The translations under genes were made by a program, and so were the position numbers. The notes below the pieces were generated by a model. The model had not been told where the DNA came from. It saw only the letters and a list, made by a program, of their open reading frames with translations, and searched no databases. Positions 46,608 to 55,202 of a stretch of 64,000 nucleotides of DNA are shown piece after piece. This DNA comes from a virus (Duplodnaviria; Heunggongvirae; Uroviricota; Caudoviricetes): the IMG/VR virus record IMGVR_UViG_3300032323_001205, positions 26,919 to 90,918 of that record. One strand, written 5' to 3'. How positions within the stretch are numbered: position 1 is the stretch's first letter; every line of letters begins with the position of its first letter.

Positions 46608-46609
46608 TT

Positions 46610-48496
46610 TCAATCGTACCGTTTATTAGCATGATCCTCAATGATACTAATTGCCATATGCATATTTGGACAAGCAGTAATCAAATTGTCTGGATTATAG
46701 TTATGATGATTTACATCATCGTGGTGCAAGTTCAATACCTTAAACCAAACCTTATTCCACACCTCATCGGTCATGGGACCTTTTCTCTTTTCAAGATTTG
46801 CCCTAATATCACGCTCACAAGTTGTCGTACCAATATCATCAATAACTTCACAACATTCACAGTGCTGTTTCTTATATGTTGAATTTAGGGCACTTGCGTC
46901 ATACTTCAATTTATATGAGGGTTTAGCAATAGGTTTAGTATATGAAGGTGAGCTAGGTGTAAAGTGACTCATGTAGTATTGAAGACCCTCATCAAAAGTC
47001 ATTGTTTTCTTTGAATACTCGAAATATGCTTGTTCCATCAATGATGTTCGTACTGCAAAAATATGAGTTTCGCATTTATGTACAACATACTGGGCCAAAG
47101 CATATTTTTGACTGAGAGAAATATTCAAACTATTAATAAGTTGACGCATTTGTTCGTGACTACGCATTCCTTTAAAAGGGAAACGATTGCCACGTCCCAT
47201 AGTTTGGACTTGTGATGCTACAACTTCACCGGGGTTATTAGGTGAGGTCAAATACACAACACAGTCAATATCCAAGATACTAATACCGACATTACCCATA
47301 TTCATTACTGACAGAACTGCAGGATACATCCCGTTAATCGGGTCATTCAGTTTCTCAATAACATGTTCTAATTTTCGCTTATTGTCAACTTTTTCCGGCT
47401 TGTAATAAGAAGAAACAATCTTTTCAAACTTAATATAATTTGACGTAGTTACTGCAAAGATGCCTGGATTAGATAATGACTTTACGTGGTCACGTAGTTC
47501 ATCATGTAACCACTTGTTGTCATCAAATAATGAAATACCAGTTGTTGCACCTTTCTGCCCTGCTTTAGTTAGTACACGACCTAGCAAAGGAAAGATATTA
47601 ATCTTTTCTGCTTCTTCCCAAGTTTTTTCTTCGATTGCACTGATTAATTGTAGTGTCTCTGCTAAACGAGTGTGATGAAAAGTTTTAAACTTATCAAGTA
47701 CGGAGTACACATCGTTGGCAAAATGAGCCTTAGGGAAAGATTGCTTTTCCTCACGCTTTGGCATTTCGGGCAGTGGGAGAAAAGTATTTGCACCACCTGG
47801 TGTTCTTGCCAATTGACTTTTTGACAATGTTGCACTGATAGCTAATACTTTAGTGCCATTCCGGGCTAATTCTTCTGCCATTGGCTTCCAAGAAGGATCG
47901 TAGTCAGATGGTAAGTATCTACCAGAGTCGGGATTAACCATACCCTGGGTCACCTCACCGATTTGCAATCCAATATGCGCTTCATCAAAAAACGCATAAT
48001 CAATCTTGAGCAACTTGTTCATACGTTGCTTGTGTGTCATAAACCACTGAATAGTTACAGACAACACAATTACCATGTTACCTATTACCTGTTTGGCAGT
48101 CTTGCCACGCTTCGCAGCCTTCTCAATGTCATCAAGTAGGGCACTCATTGCTTCACCATCGTATACTACAAATGCCTTGACTTCTCCATTTACACACTTA
48201 ACGTCTTTGAAGTCCAGATAATCTACCATGTCTTGATAGAATATTTTAGTCAAGTCTCCTCTAGGCGAAGAGTACATGAACACATTTGCTGATGGGTTTT
48301 GTTGTGCAAGACAAGGGATAGTAGCACGTCCGATTGCATATGTCTTACCCGCTGACATAGGTGCTGTCAATGTTCGAATAAGAAATCCAGGACCAGTGTC
48401 CCATGCGCTAAGAATGTTTGTTAGTAGATAATCATACTGGTCCTGATCTAGACTAGCATCAGACAAAATATCGTCAAAAGTCAATGGTGTTGTCAT
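46610..48496 (-). CDS. SF2 (DEAH-type) helicase fused to C-terminal HNH endonuclease domain
   Basis: Walker A TAPMSAGKTYAIG, DEAH FFDEAHIG, motif III AISATL, motif VI QTMGRGNRF. C-terminal CxxC...HHDDVNHHNYNPDNLITACPNMH HNH motif. The track start at 48550 is TTG, which is the TTGACA -35 box of promoter 48522-48550. The real ATG at 48496 has a GAGGA Shine-Dalgarno. Confidence 0.75.
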   Translation of the reverse strand: MTTPLTFDDILSDASLDQDQYDYLLTNILSAWDTGPGFLIRTLTAPMSAGKTYAIGRATIPCLAQQNPSANVFMYSSPRGDLTKIFYQDMVDYLDFKDVKCVNGEVKAFVVYDGEAMSALLDDIEKAAKRGKTAKQVIGNMVIVLSVTIQWFMTHKQRMNKLLKIDYAFFDEAHIGLQIGEVTQGMVNPDSGRYLPSDYDPSWKPMAEELARNGTKVLAISATLSKSQLARTPGGANTFLPLPEMPKREEKQSFPKAHFANDVYSVLDKFKTFHHTRLAETLQLISAIEEKTWEEAEKINIFPLLGRVLTKAGQKGATTGISLFDDNKWLHDELRDHVKSLSNPGIFAVTTSNYIKFEKIVSSYYKPEKVDNKRKLEHVIEKLNDPINGMYPAVLSVMNMGNVGISILDIDCVVYLTSPNNPGEVVASQVQTMGRGNRFPFKGMRSHEQMRQLINSLNISLSQKYALAQYVVHKCETHIFAVRTSLMEQAYFEYSKKTMTFDEGLQYYMSHFTPSSPSYTKPIAKPSYKLKYDASALNSTYKKQHCECCEVIDDIGTTTCERDIRANLEKRKGPMTDEVWNKVWFKVLNLHHDDVNHHNYNPDNLITACPNMHMAISIIEDHANKRYD

Positions 48497-48521
48497 ATAT
48501 CCTCGCTGTTGTAAAAGTATA

Positions 48522-48550
48522 ATTATACTATACTTTTGTATTGTTGTCAA
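48522..48550 (-). promoter_or_regulatory. Sigma70 consensus promoter TTGACA-N17-TATAAT
   Basis: attata 48522-48527, spacer 17, tgtcaa 48545-48550. Confidence 0.65.
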
Positions 48551-48551
48551 A

Positions 48552-49343
48552 TTATTTCAATTTAATGCCGGCAGTCTCAAGCCTAGCAAAAACGCTATCA
48601 CCAAACTTCCAATTTTCGGGCATACTTGTTTGCATGTCCAATTCATTGTCTAGTAATTCGGCTTCTTCGTTTGTAATCAATACAATAGCCAAATTGTTTT
48701 TAATCATTTGTGCTATTTCAGTTACGCTACGTTTTTCTATAGTCATATTAACCGCTTGATTATAAATCATAATGCAGGGAACAATGTGTTCCCGATATGT
48801 GTTTTCTTTAGTACGCTTTACTGATTCACCAATAGTAATTAGGTGATCGATACTATCCCCTTCAAGTAATGCTCGGGTATTCTCTAGACCGAAACCATCT
48901 TCATTATCGATAAAGTATTTGAAACGCTTGGCAATCTTTTCAAAGATATTACGCTCTGATACTTCACGTGGGATGGGCTTGATAGCTTGTCCACGAATCT
49001 TGCGTACAATAGTTGTAATAGATTCAATGGTACCGACAATGATCCAAAAGTTCTCAAGTACATCCCCGTCAAAAGGAATATTCATAAAGTCTTTTGCATC
49101 TTTGCGAGATTCAGAACGCTTACCAATTTTCTCAGTAAAGCCTTGGCCCAAAAGTTGCTTACGCATTTCGGCTACGTCTTCGGGTCGTGCAAGCCAACCT
49201 ATAGTGTAGTGATTCTTCTTAATTTCACACTTTACACCATTGTTAGTATAAAGTACACAGTTATTTTGTTCTTCGTAGACACGGTCCGTGTAGCCGCGTT
49301 CCTCACATGAGTTCTTAAAAAGATTAAATGAGATAGCTGCCAT
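48552..49343 (-). CDS. Hypothetical protein
   Basis: 263 aa, downstream of promoter 49374-49402. Confidence 0.5.
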   Translation of the reverse strand: MAAISFNLFKNSCEERGYTDRVYEEQNNCVLYTNNGVKCEIKKNHYTIGWLARPEDVAEMRKQLLGQGFTEKIGKRSESRKDAKDFMNIPFDGDVLENFWIIVGTIESITTIVRKIRGQAIKPIPREVSERNIFEKIAKRFKYFIDNEDGFGLENTRALLEGDSIDHLITIGESVKRTKENTYREHIVPCIMIYNQAVNMTIEKRSVTEIAQMIKNNLAIVLITNEEAELLDNELDMQTSMPENWKFGDSVFARLETAGIKLK

Positions 49344-49373
49344 AATTGATCCGTTATTCTATTGAATACGTTT

Positions 49374-49402
49374 ATTATAGCATATATCCCATTTATTGTC
49401 AA
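49374..49402 (-). promoter_or_regulatory. Sigma70 consensus promoter TTGACA-N17-TATAAT
   Basis: attata 49374-49379, spacer 17, tgtcaa 49397-49402. Confidence 0.7.
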
Positions 49403-49438
49403 CCAGTAACTTGTTGTGTTTTTCAACACTTTGTAGTG

Positions 49439-49828
49439 TCACCCAAACTCAAATAAACCGGTGTCTGCCACCTTTAATCTACGGTCAGGTCTAGCCTGCT
49501 TGTGATGTTCATTTCTGATAGTAACTACTGAGTGGCACATCTTACATAAAACTTCAATATTACTAGAATTTCTGTTGCCATTGTCACCGTCAATATGATT
49601 AATATCAAGTGTACATGGATCTAGTATAGATGTGCATACACAAGGAAATCCATAATGACCATCCTTATTAGCACACCCTTGATTAGTTTTCCATTTATCT
49701 ACCTCTGCTTTTCGGTGTGTTCTATGGGCTGAACAAACTTGCTTGTTAGTATTTTTTGTTTTACTGTGTTGTCCTACGGTGTTAGAACAACTTGGAATAG
49801 AACATTTTAAATAACCTAATGTTGTCAT
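49439..49828 (-). CDS. HNH endonuclease
   Basis: 129 aa. Cys-rich, with INHIDGDNGNRNSSNIEVLCKMCH HNH core. Confidence 0.7.
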   Translation of the reverse strand: MTTLGYLKCSIPSCSNTVGQHSKTKNTNKQVCSAHRTHRKAEVDKWKTNQGCANKDGHYGFPCVCTSILDPCTLDINHIDGDNGNRNSSNIEVLCKMCHSVVTIRNEHHKQARPDRRLKVADTGLFEFG

Positions 49829-50254
49829 TTAACTTACCTCAGTACGACCATCGCCTAAATCTCTAGTCCTAACATTTCGCATGTCGCTACTTACTCTTTT
49901 TTCCGGATCAGCCATTTGTTGTTCAAAGGTTTCTAGAACAGTCGCTCTGCACAAATTAGTCCACCAGCGGTCTACTATATCATTATCTGTATCAGTGTCT
50001 TTCATCTTATACCCTGCACGAATAAGATTCAACACAAACTTATCATTGAAATCAAGTTCTACTGAACCGCTATTGATATCATTAGGGTCTATATCCATTC
50101 TAAGAATGTTCACATAAGGTTCCCCTGCCGCAGTAGCTTTTTCTTTTTCTGTAAGTTCAGGTGCAACTTTCTTTTCTTTAGTCTTGCGCGGTTTCTTTTC
50201 TTTCTGTACTACAGGTTCAGGTTTCTTAAATAAATTCTTTAACTTGTCAAACAT
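49829..50254 (-). CDS. Hypothetical protein with Lys-rich N-terminus
   Basis: 141 aa. Confidence 0.45.
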   Translation of the reverse strand: MFDKLKNLFKKPEPVVQKEKKPRKTKEKKVAPELTEKEKATAAGEPYVNILRMDIDPNDINSGSVELDFNDKFVLNLIRAGYKMKDTDTDNDIVDRWWTNLCRATVLETFEQQMADPEKRVSSDMRNVRTRDLGDGRTEVS

Positions 50255-51270
50255 TTGTATCTTTCGTATAGTTTAAAGCTGGCAAGATTCTTTGCCTTCG
50301 ATTCGCACATCATATCAAAGTTCTCACAGAATGTCAATGCCCAATCGTTTACTGCTTCATTCCAATAGTAATCACTATGTGCCCGAAGCTTCTGTTTACT
50401 GTACCCCGCTTCAATCAAAGTTGCCTGGTCGGGTAATTGATTGCAGTCGTGTCCGGTAAGTACGTCCTCCCGAGAAACACTGTAGTGCATAGCAGGGCGA
50501 ACACCGCGCCAACTATCAATAACCTTTTTAACAAGATCATCATTACAGTCAATATAGGTTCCTTCACGTACCCAATTATGGTGAATGTCCATGACCGTAG
50601 GTACGAGGTCAGATAATGATAAGCAGTCAGTAAGTCCATGTGTATATTCCTCATTCTCTAGTGTTAGTGTGTTTCTGGCTTCGGGGCTGAGTCTTCCGTA
50701 GACTTCTCTGATTCCGTCGGGACCTTTTCGTCCTGAGATGTGGACGTTGGTTTTGAAGTCCTGAAACTGTTTGCCATAACCCATCCATCGAACCATGTCT
50801 GCATGATACTCGAACTCCTCTATACTCTTATTTACTACTTCTTCACGGTCACTCGCTAAAACAACGAATTGGTCAGGGTGAAAACTTAGACGAACATTAT
50901 TGGCCCGTGCAGTTTCACCGATTGGAGCAAACCATCGTTCTAAACTGTTTTGTACATCAGTTGAATGCCAAAAGTCTTTGTACTCATCCATAGTGTAGAA
51001 ACTAAGCATGTCGCTGGTAAGACGAACCATACGCAGTCCTGGCTCTAGTGTAGCAACACGCTTAACTAGAGCATGAGTATTCATAATGTTGCGTTTAGCA
51101 ACATCCATAATCTTTTCTTCTACAACATTACGCTTATTGCGCTTTGCCCAAGCTTGTGTAGTGCCACCGGTATTAAGACCCTCGGCTGAGACAATCTCAC
51201 CTTTTTTGTTGATTTCCACCCATTTACACGCAAAACCGATACGTTTAGTAGTAATGTCAAAAGAGTGCAT
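50239..51270 (-). CDS. UV DNA damage endonuclease (UvdE/UvsE family)
   Basis: 343 aa. Collinear motifs with B. subtilis UvsE: RLSFHPDQFVVLAS versus RTSFHPNQFTLFTS; TLENEE versus TLENDD; VMDIHHNWV versus VFDFHHFYA; AHSDYY versus SHADYV. Confidence 0.75.
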   Translation of the reverse strand: MHSFDITTKRIGFACKWVEINKKGEIVSAEGLNTGGTTQAWAKRNKRNVVEEKIMDVAKRNIMNTHALVKRVATLEPGLRMVRLTSDMLSFYTMDEYKDFWHSTDVQNSLERWFAPIGETARANNVRLSFHPDQFVVLASDREEVVNKSIEEFEYHADMVRWMGYGKQFQDFKTNVHISGRKGPDGIREVYGRLSPEARNTLTLENEEYTHGLTDCLSLSDLVPTVMDIHHNWVREGTYIDCNDDLVKKVIDSWRGVRPAMHYSVSREDVLTGHDCNQLPDQATLIEAGYSKQKLRAHSDYYWNEAVNDWALTFCENFDMMCESKAKNLASFKLYERYKCLTS

Positions 51271-51346
51271 AGATAGTCCAAAGTGATAAATAATAGATGT
51301 AGTGTAGCATACCTACGCAATAAAGTCAACTATTTAGGATACCAAA

Positions 51347-51715
51347 ATGAAAGTGAATGAAATCATTAATGAAGATTGGCAAAAAGTCAATAAAAAAGAT
51401 AAAACTGATGGTATGAGCCGTAAAGCCGTCAAAGCATACCGTAGAGAGAATCCGGGTAGTAAACTAAAGACTGCGGTAACTACTAAGCCTAGTAAGTTAA
51501 AAAAGGGTAGTAAGGCTGCAAAACGCCGTAAATCATTCTGTGCTAGAATGAGCGGTATGAAGAAGGCACACGCAAGTGCCAAGACCAAACGAGATCCGGA
51601 TAGCCCAATCAATAAGGCATTACGCCGTTGGAACTGCGAATCAATCGAACAACTACAAGAATTAGTTGTGTTAGCTGAACAACTGGTAGCTAAACACAAG
51701 AAGGAAGTATTATGA
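51347..51715 (+). CDS. Small highly basic predicted internal protein (CTS-like N-terminus MKVNEIINE)
   Basis: 122 aa, about 30 percent K/R, analogous to T4 IPI-III. First gene of the ATGA-coupled plus-strand operon. Confidence 0.55.
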   Translation: MKVNEIINEDWQKVNKKDKTDGMSRKAVKAYRRENPGSKLKTAVTTKPSKLKKGSKAAKRRKSFCARMSGMKKAHASAKTKRDPDSPINKALRRWNCESIEQLQELVVLAEQLVAKHKKEVL

Positions 51716-53229
51716 ACTTTAAAGAATTAATGGAAGGTGTCGAACCATCAATGCCGGGAGCCCCAGAAGGCATTCAAATTATGACACCTCAGCAATTCGT
51801 TGCTAAAGCTGGCGACATGCCCGGTGAAAAAGAAGTTGATGAAGGTGAAGTTATTCCTATAGGTAAAAAACATAAGGGCGGTTTAGAAGATACACATGAT
51901 TGTCCTAAGTGCGGAGGTGACTTACAAGGTGGCAAGTATATGGGACATCAAGTAAAAGTCTGTATGCCATGTAAACAAGTTTATCTACCACCCAACTCCG
52001 GTATTGACCAAAAAGGTAATCCAATACAGAATGAAAGTGAAGAACACTTAGCAAGAATTCGTAGACTATCTGGTTTAGATGAAGCTACCAAACTACCAGC
52101 ACAAAGCCGTGAGTTTGGTGGTGACGAGTTCCAAGACTACATGAATCGTATCAAAGGAACTGATGATATTGATAAGAAGACTGGTCAAGTTAAGTTAGAC
52201 AAAAAGGGCAATGAGAAGTATGTCTCTGGTAAAACAAAATCAGACAAGTACAAGATGCCCTATATCCATCGTTCAAGTATCATTGAATACTTAGGTCCAG
52301 ATGGTAAGACTTATGATGAAGATAAGATTAAGCAATCATTATCACAGCGTCCAAAATCATTACTAAAGCAAAATGAAAAGATGAAGCACTCAAACGGAGA
52401 GTTTGAACAGTTCTTTAACGTTGGCTTTGCCGCACTGACTGGTATCGCAGTAGACGAACAAACTGATAATCTAATCATTGTCAATACATGTCCGGGTGCT
52501 GGTTCATGTAAAGTAGATTGTTTCGCTATGAAAGGTGGCAAAGTTCAGTTCAAAGCCGCATGGCAAAGTGATGGAAGAATACTAACATACTTATTGAATG
52601 ATCCAGATGGTTTCTTCAATCAGTTAAGTGCAGAGATTAGTAAAGAAGAAGCAGCAGGTAAAAAAGGCGACAAGAAATTCCCTAATGGTTGGCAAACAAC
52701 TGTTCGCTGGCATGATGCTGGTGACTTCTTTAGTCCAGAATATTTAGACATGGCATTGAAGATGGCTGCAAAGCATCCTGATGTTAAGTTCTATGCTTAC
52801 ACAAAGATGGCAGGTGCCGCACTTGCACAGAAACCACCTAACTTCATTATCAACTGGAGTGAAGGTGCTAATACGGGACAAGAGAAACAAGTTAAAGCTA
52901 AAGACGCTAACTTAGACACAACCAAGAACAGTCGTATTGTTCCAGATGAAATGTTCCAAGATTTGTTAGTTAAGGATGAAAAGAAAAACTTAGTTAAGGG
53001 GGCAAGTGGCCAATGGCAAGTTCAACCTGACAAGTTACCTGAACTAAAACAACGTCTTGCTAAAGAATATGGACTAAGTGCTAATAGTATTCTATCTTAT
53101 GATGAATATATGGCAAAGCGCAAGAGTATTCCTGCAGGTATGAAGTACAATGTTATCGTTGCTCCGGGCGAAGGTGATATCAGTGCTAATGACCCTAACA
53201 TCATATCAACATTGTTACTAAGACACTAA
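51712..53229 (+). CDS. Predicted internal protein with zinc-ribbon (N-terminus MNFKELME)
   Basis: 505 aa. CPKCGG...CMPCKQ zinc-ribbon. ATGA overlap at both ends. Confidence 0.5.
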   Translation: MNFKELMEGVEPSMPGAPEGIQIMTPQQFVAKAGDMPGEKEVDEGEVIPIGKKHKGGLEDTHDCPKCGGDLQGGKYMGHQVKVCMPCKQVYLPPNSGIDQKGNPIQNESEEHLARIRRLSGLDEATKLPAQSREFGGDEFQDYMNRIKGTDDIDKKTGQVKLDKKGNEKYVSGKTKSDKYKMPYIHRSSIIEYLGPDGKTYDEDKIKQSLSQRPKSLLKQNEKMKHSNGEFEQFFNVGFAALTGIAVDEQTDNLIIVNTCPGAGSCKVDCFAMKGGKVQFKAAWQSDGRILTYLLNDPDGFFNQLSAEISKEEAAGKKGDKKFPNGWQTTVRWHDAGDFFSPEYLDMALKMAAKHPDVKFYAYTKMAGAALAQKPPNFIINWSEGANTGQEKQVKAKDANLDTTKNSRIVPDEMFQDLLVKDEKKNLVKGASGQWQVQPDKLPELKQRLAKEYGLSANSILSYDEYMAKRKSIPAGMKYNVIVAPGEGDISANDPNIISTLLLRH

Positions 53230-53230
53230 A

Positions 53231-53785
53231 ATGCGTGATATCATTCAGTTACTTGAGGATAAGTCAAAGCCTCAAGATATAGAAATCATTCAGCTTAACT
53301 TTGAGCCAAGTGAAGTAAGTCCGGTTATATCAAAAGATACATTGGACTTACACTATGGCAAGTTAGCGCATGGTTATGCTGAACGATATAACAACAAAGA
53401 AGGTGACAGAGAATTTAATTATGCAGGAGCATTCTTACATAACACATTGTTCCCTCAGTTCCGTGAAGTAAGAAACAACAATAAACCAAATGGTCCTATG
53501 ATGGGCTTTATCAACAAACACTATGGATCATACGATAATATGAAGTCAGAGTTTGAAGTTGAAGCAATGAAGATTCAAGGTAGTGGTTGGATATACTTAG
53601 CGACTGATGGTAGGATTAAAACAATACCAAATCATCAAGTACGCAATGACATATTGTTATTAGTTGATTGGTGGGAACATGCTTTTATATTAGACTATGG
53701 TAGTGACAAGAAAAAGTATTTGAAAGAACAGTGGAAGATTATTAATTGGAATGTAATTAATACACGTTGGGGTAAGAGTCTATGA
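53231..53785 (+). CDS. Fe/Mn superoxide dismutase-like protein (N-terminus MRDIIQLLED)
   Basis: 184 aa. SOD-like N-terminal LDLHYGKLAHGY (compare HYGKHH) and C-terminal DWWEHAFILDYG (compare DxWEHAYY). One conserved His of the HH pair is missing. Confidence 0.5.
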   Translation: MRDIIQLLEDKSKPQDIEIIQLNFEPSEVSPVISKDTLDLHYGKLAHGYAERYNNKEGDREFNYAGAFLHNTLFPQFREVRNNNKPNGPMMGFINKHYGSYDNMKSEFEVEAMKIQGSGWIYLATDGRIKTIPNHQVRNDILLLVDWWEHAFILDYGSDKKKYLKEQWKIINWNVINTRWGKSL

Positions 53786-54648
53786 GAGCAAATGAATTTA
53801 TAAACGAAACACAAGAACTTGACGAAATAGAACGCCTGAGTAAAAGCGGCTACGAGGGCGGCAAGTACGCCTTGTATGACAAACAGATTGGTAAGCAACT
53901 AAAGAAACTCCCCGGTGGTAGTGGATTACTTTACTCTACTAGTGAAGGTAGATTCGGTGGCACTGATATCAAACTCTGGGATCCAAACGGTGCAGATTAC
54001 ATTGCTCAAAAAGAAAGAGGTGTTCAACCCAAACCAGTTCGTGGCCGAGGAGAGTCACGCTTCGTGTACGACCGTAGACTTTGGGATTGGCAAAGAGCAC
54101 AACGTGATTTAAATGCTAATTTAAATGCTCCGGGGCAATTGATAGGCAAATTATCAGTTAGTACTGTCTACGGATTCCCGCTTAAAGGTGCAGTACAAGT
54201 TGATACTATCACAGTAGATGAAGACTATCGCGGAGTGGGCCTGGCCAAAGCATTGTATGGAATTGTACTAACTATTATGAAACGTCCATTACTTGCTGGA
54301 AGTAGTCAAACACCAGGTGGTCGCAAGAACTGGGTAAGTCTTGCTGGTATCCCCGGAGTTGAAATGAAGGGCTACATTAGTTTTGATGAAGACGATTTAG
54401 ACACTAAACGCAGTCCATACAGTATGACTACACCAGCAAAGGCTAACAAGAATATTGATACTATCATGGGTGAATTAGGTGGACAACACATTGGTCGTGG
54501 ACGATACGGTGATGAATACTTTGCATTTGATGTTAAACCAAATACAACAGGTACAGAATTAGAAGCATACGTTGATACGAAACTAAGCAAAGTATACGGC
54601 GGATACGATTCATCTTCTGGCTTATATGCGGTGTGGACGGGGCAATAA
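53782..54648 (+). CDS. Predicted internal protein with GNAT-like motif (N-terminus MRANEFINE)
   Basis: 288 aa. VDEDYRGVGLAKALYGIVL fits GNAT motif A (R-x-x-G-x-G/A). Confidence 0.5.
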   Translation: MRANEFINETQELDEIERLSKSGYEGGKYALYDKQIGKQLKKLPGGSGLLYSTSEGRFGGTDIKLWDPNGADYIAQKERGVQPKPVRGRGESRFVYDRRLWDWQRAQRDLNANLNAPGQLIGKLSVSTVYGFPLKGAVQVDTITVDEDYRGVGLAKALYGIVLTIMKRPLLAGSSQTPGGRKNWVSLAGIPGVEMKGYISFDEDDLDTKRSPYSMTTPAKANKNIDTIMGELGGQHIGRGRYGDEYFAFDVKPNTTGTELEAYVDTKLSKVYGGYDSSSGLYAVWTGQ

Positions 54649-55202
54649 TGAGAGTGCATGAGTTTATAACAGAAGTCAAAGTATCTGTTAAGGATCAAAT
54701 CATTAATACTGTCCGCAAGAACGGCGGAAATCCCAATGAATACTTTGTTCGCTTTACTGATATTGACAAATTAGGCTTTAGTGCTAAACAACAATTTGGT
54801 CGTAGTTTAGATGTTGACCACCCAGATTATTATCCAGACTATATTGGTGCGGGTAAAGGTAATCCTGCATTGTGGTTCTATCCATTAAAAACTTATATAA
54901 ATGACAATGACTTATATGCTATAGAAAAACCTTATGTTTGGTTAGTTAAATTAAAACCTAATGCATGGTTACAACAGGTTGACAGAAAAACTAAAACTAA
55001 ACAAGAGGCACCTCAGGGTAAAGAACGTGTGGGTATGATGAAGAATGTTAGTCCTTTTCCGGCTGCAATATTCTTTAAGCCGGGGTTTGATGTGGTGGGT
55101 AAATACTATGACTATGGTAGTCAACATAAACGTCACGGAGAAGTTAAAGGTCCTTCACAAGGTAAGCCAACATTCTTTGACAAAGTTAGAGGTCACGCAT
55201 GA
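54648..55202 (+). CDS. Predicted internal protein (N-terminus MRVHEFITE)
   Basis: Start taken at the ATG overlapping the upstream stop (TAATG). 184 aa from that start. Confidence 0.5.
   Translation: MRVHEFITEVKVSVKDQIINTVRKNGGNPNEYFVRFTDIDKLGFSAKQQFGRSLDVDHPDYYPDYIGAGKGNPALWFYPLKTYINDNDLYAIEKPYVWLVKLKPNAWLQQVDRKTKTKQEAPQGKERVGMMKNVSPFPAAIFFKPGFDVVGKYYDYGSQHKRHGEVKGPSQGKPTFFDKVRGHA

Noticed and set aside
17900-49402. Interpretation of the 29-45-nt dispersed repeats as CRISPR repeats, MITEs or transposon ends
   Set aside because: Copies are not regularly spaced and have no spacer-like unique inserts. They are all oriented with flanking genes and conform exactly to sigma70 -35/-10 geometry.
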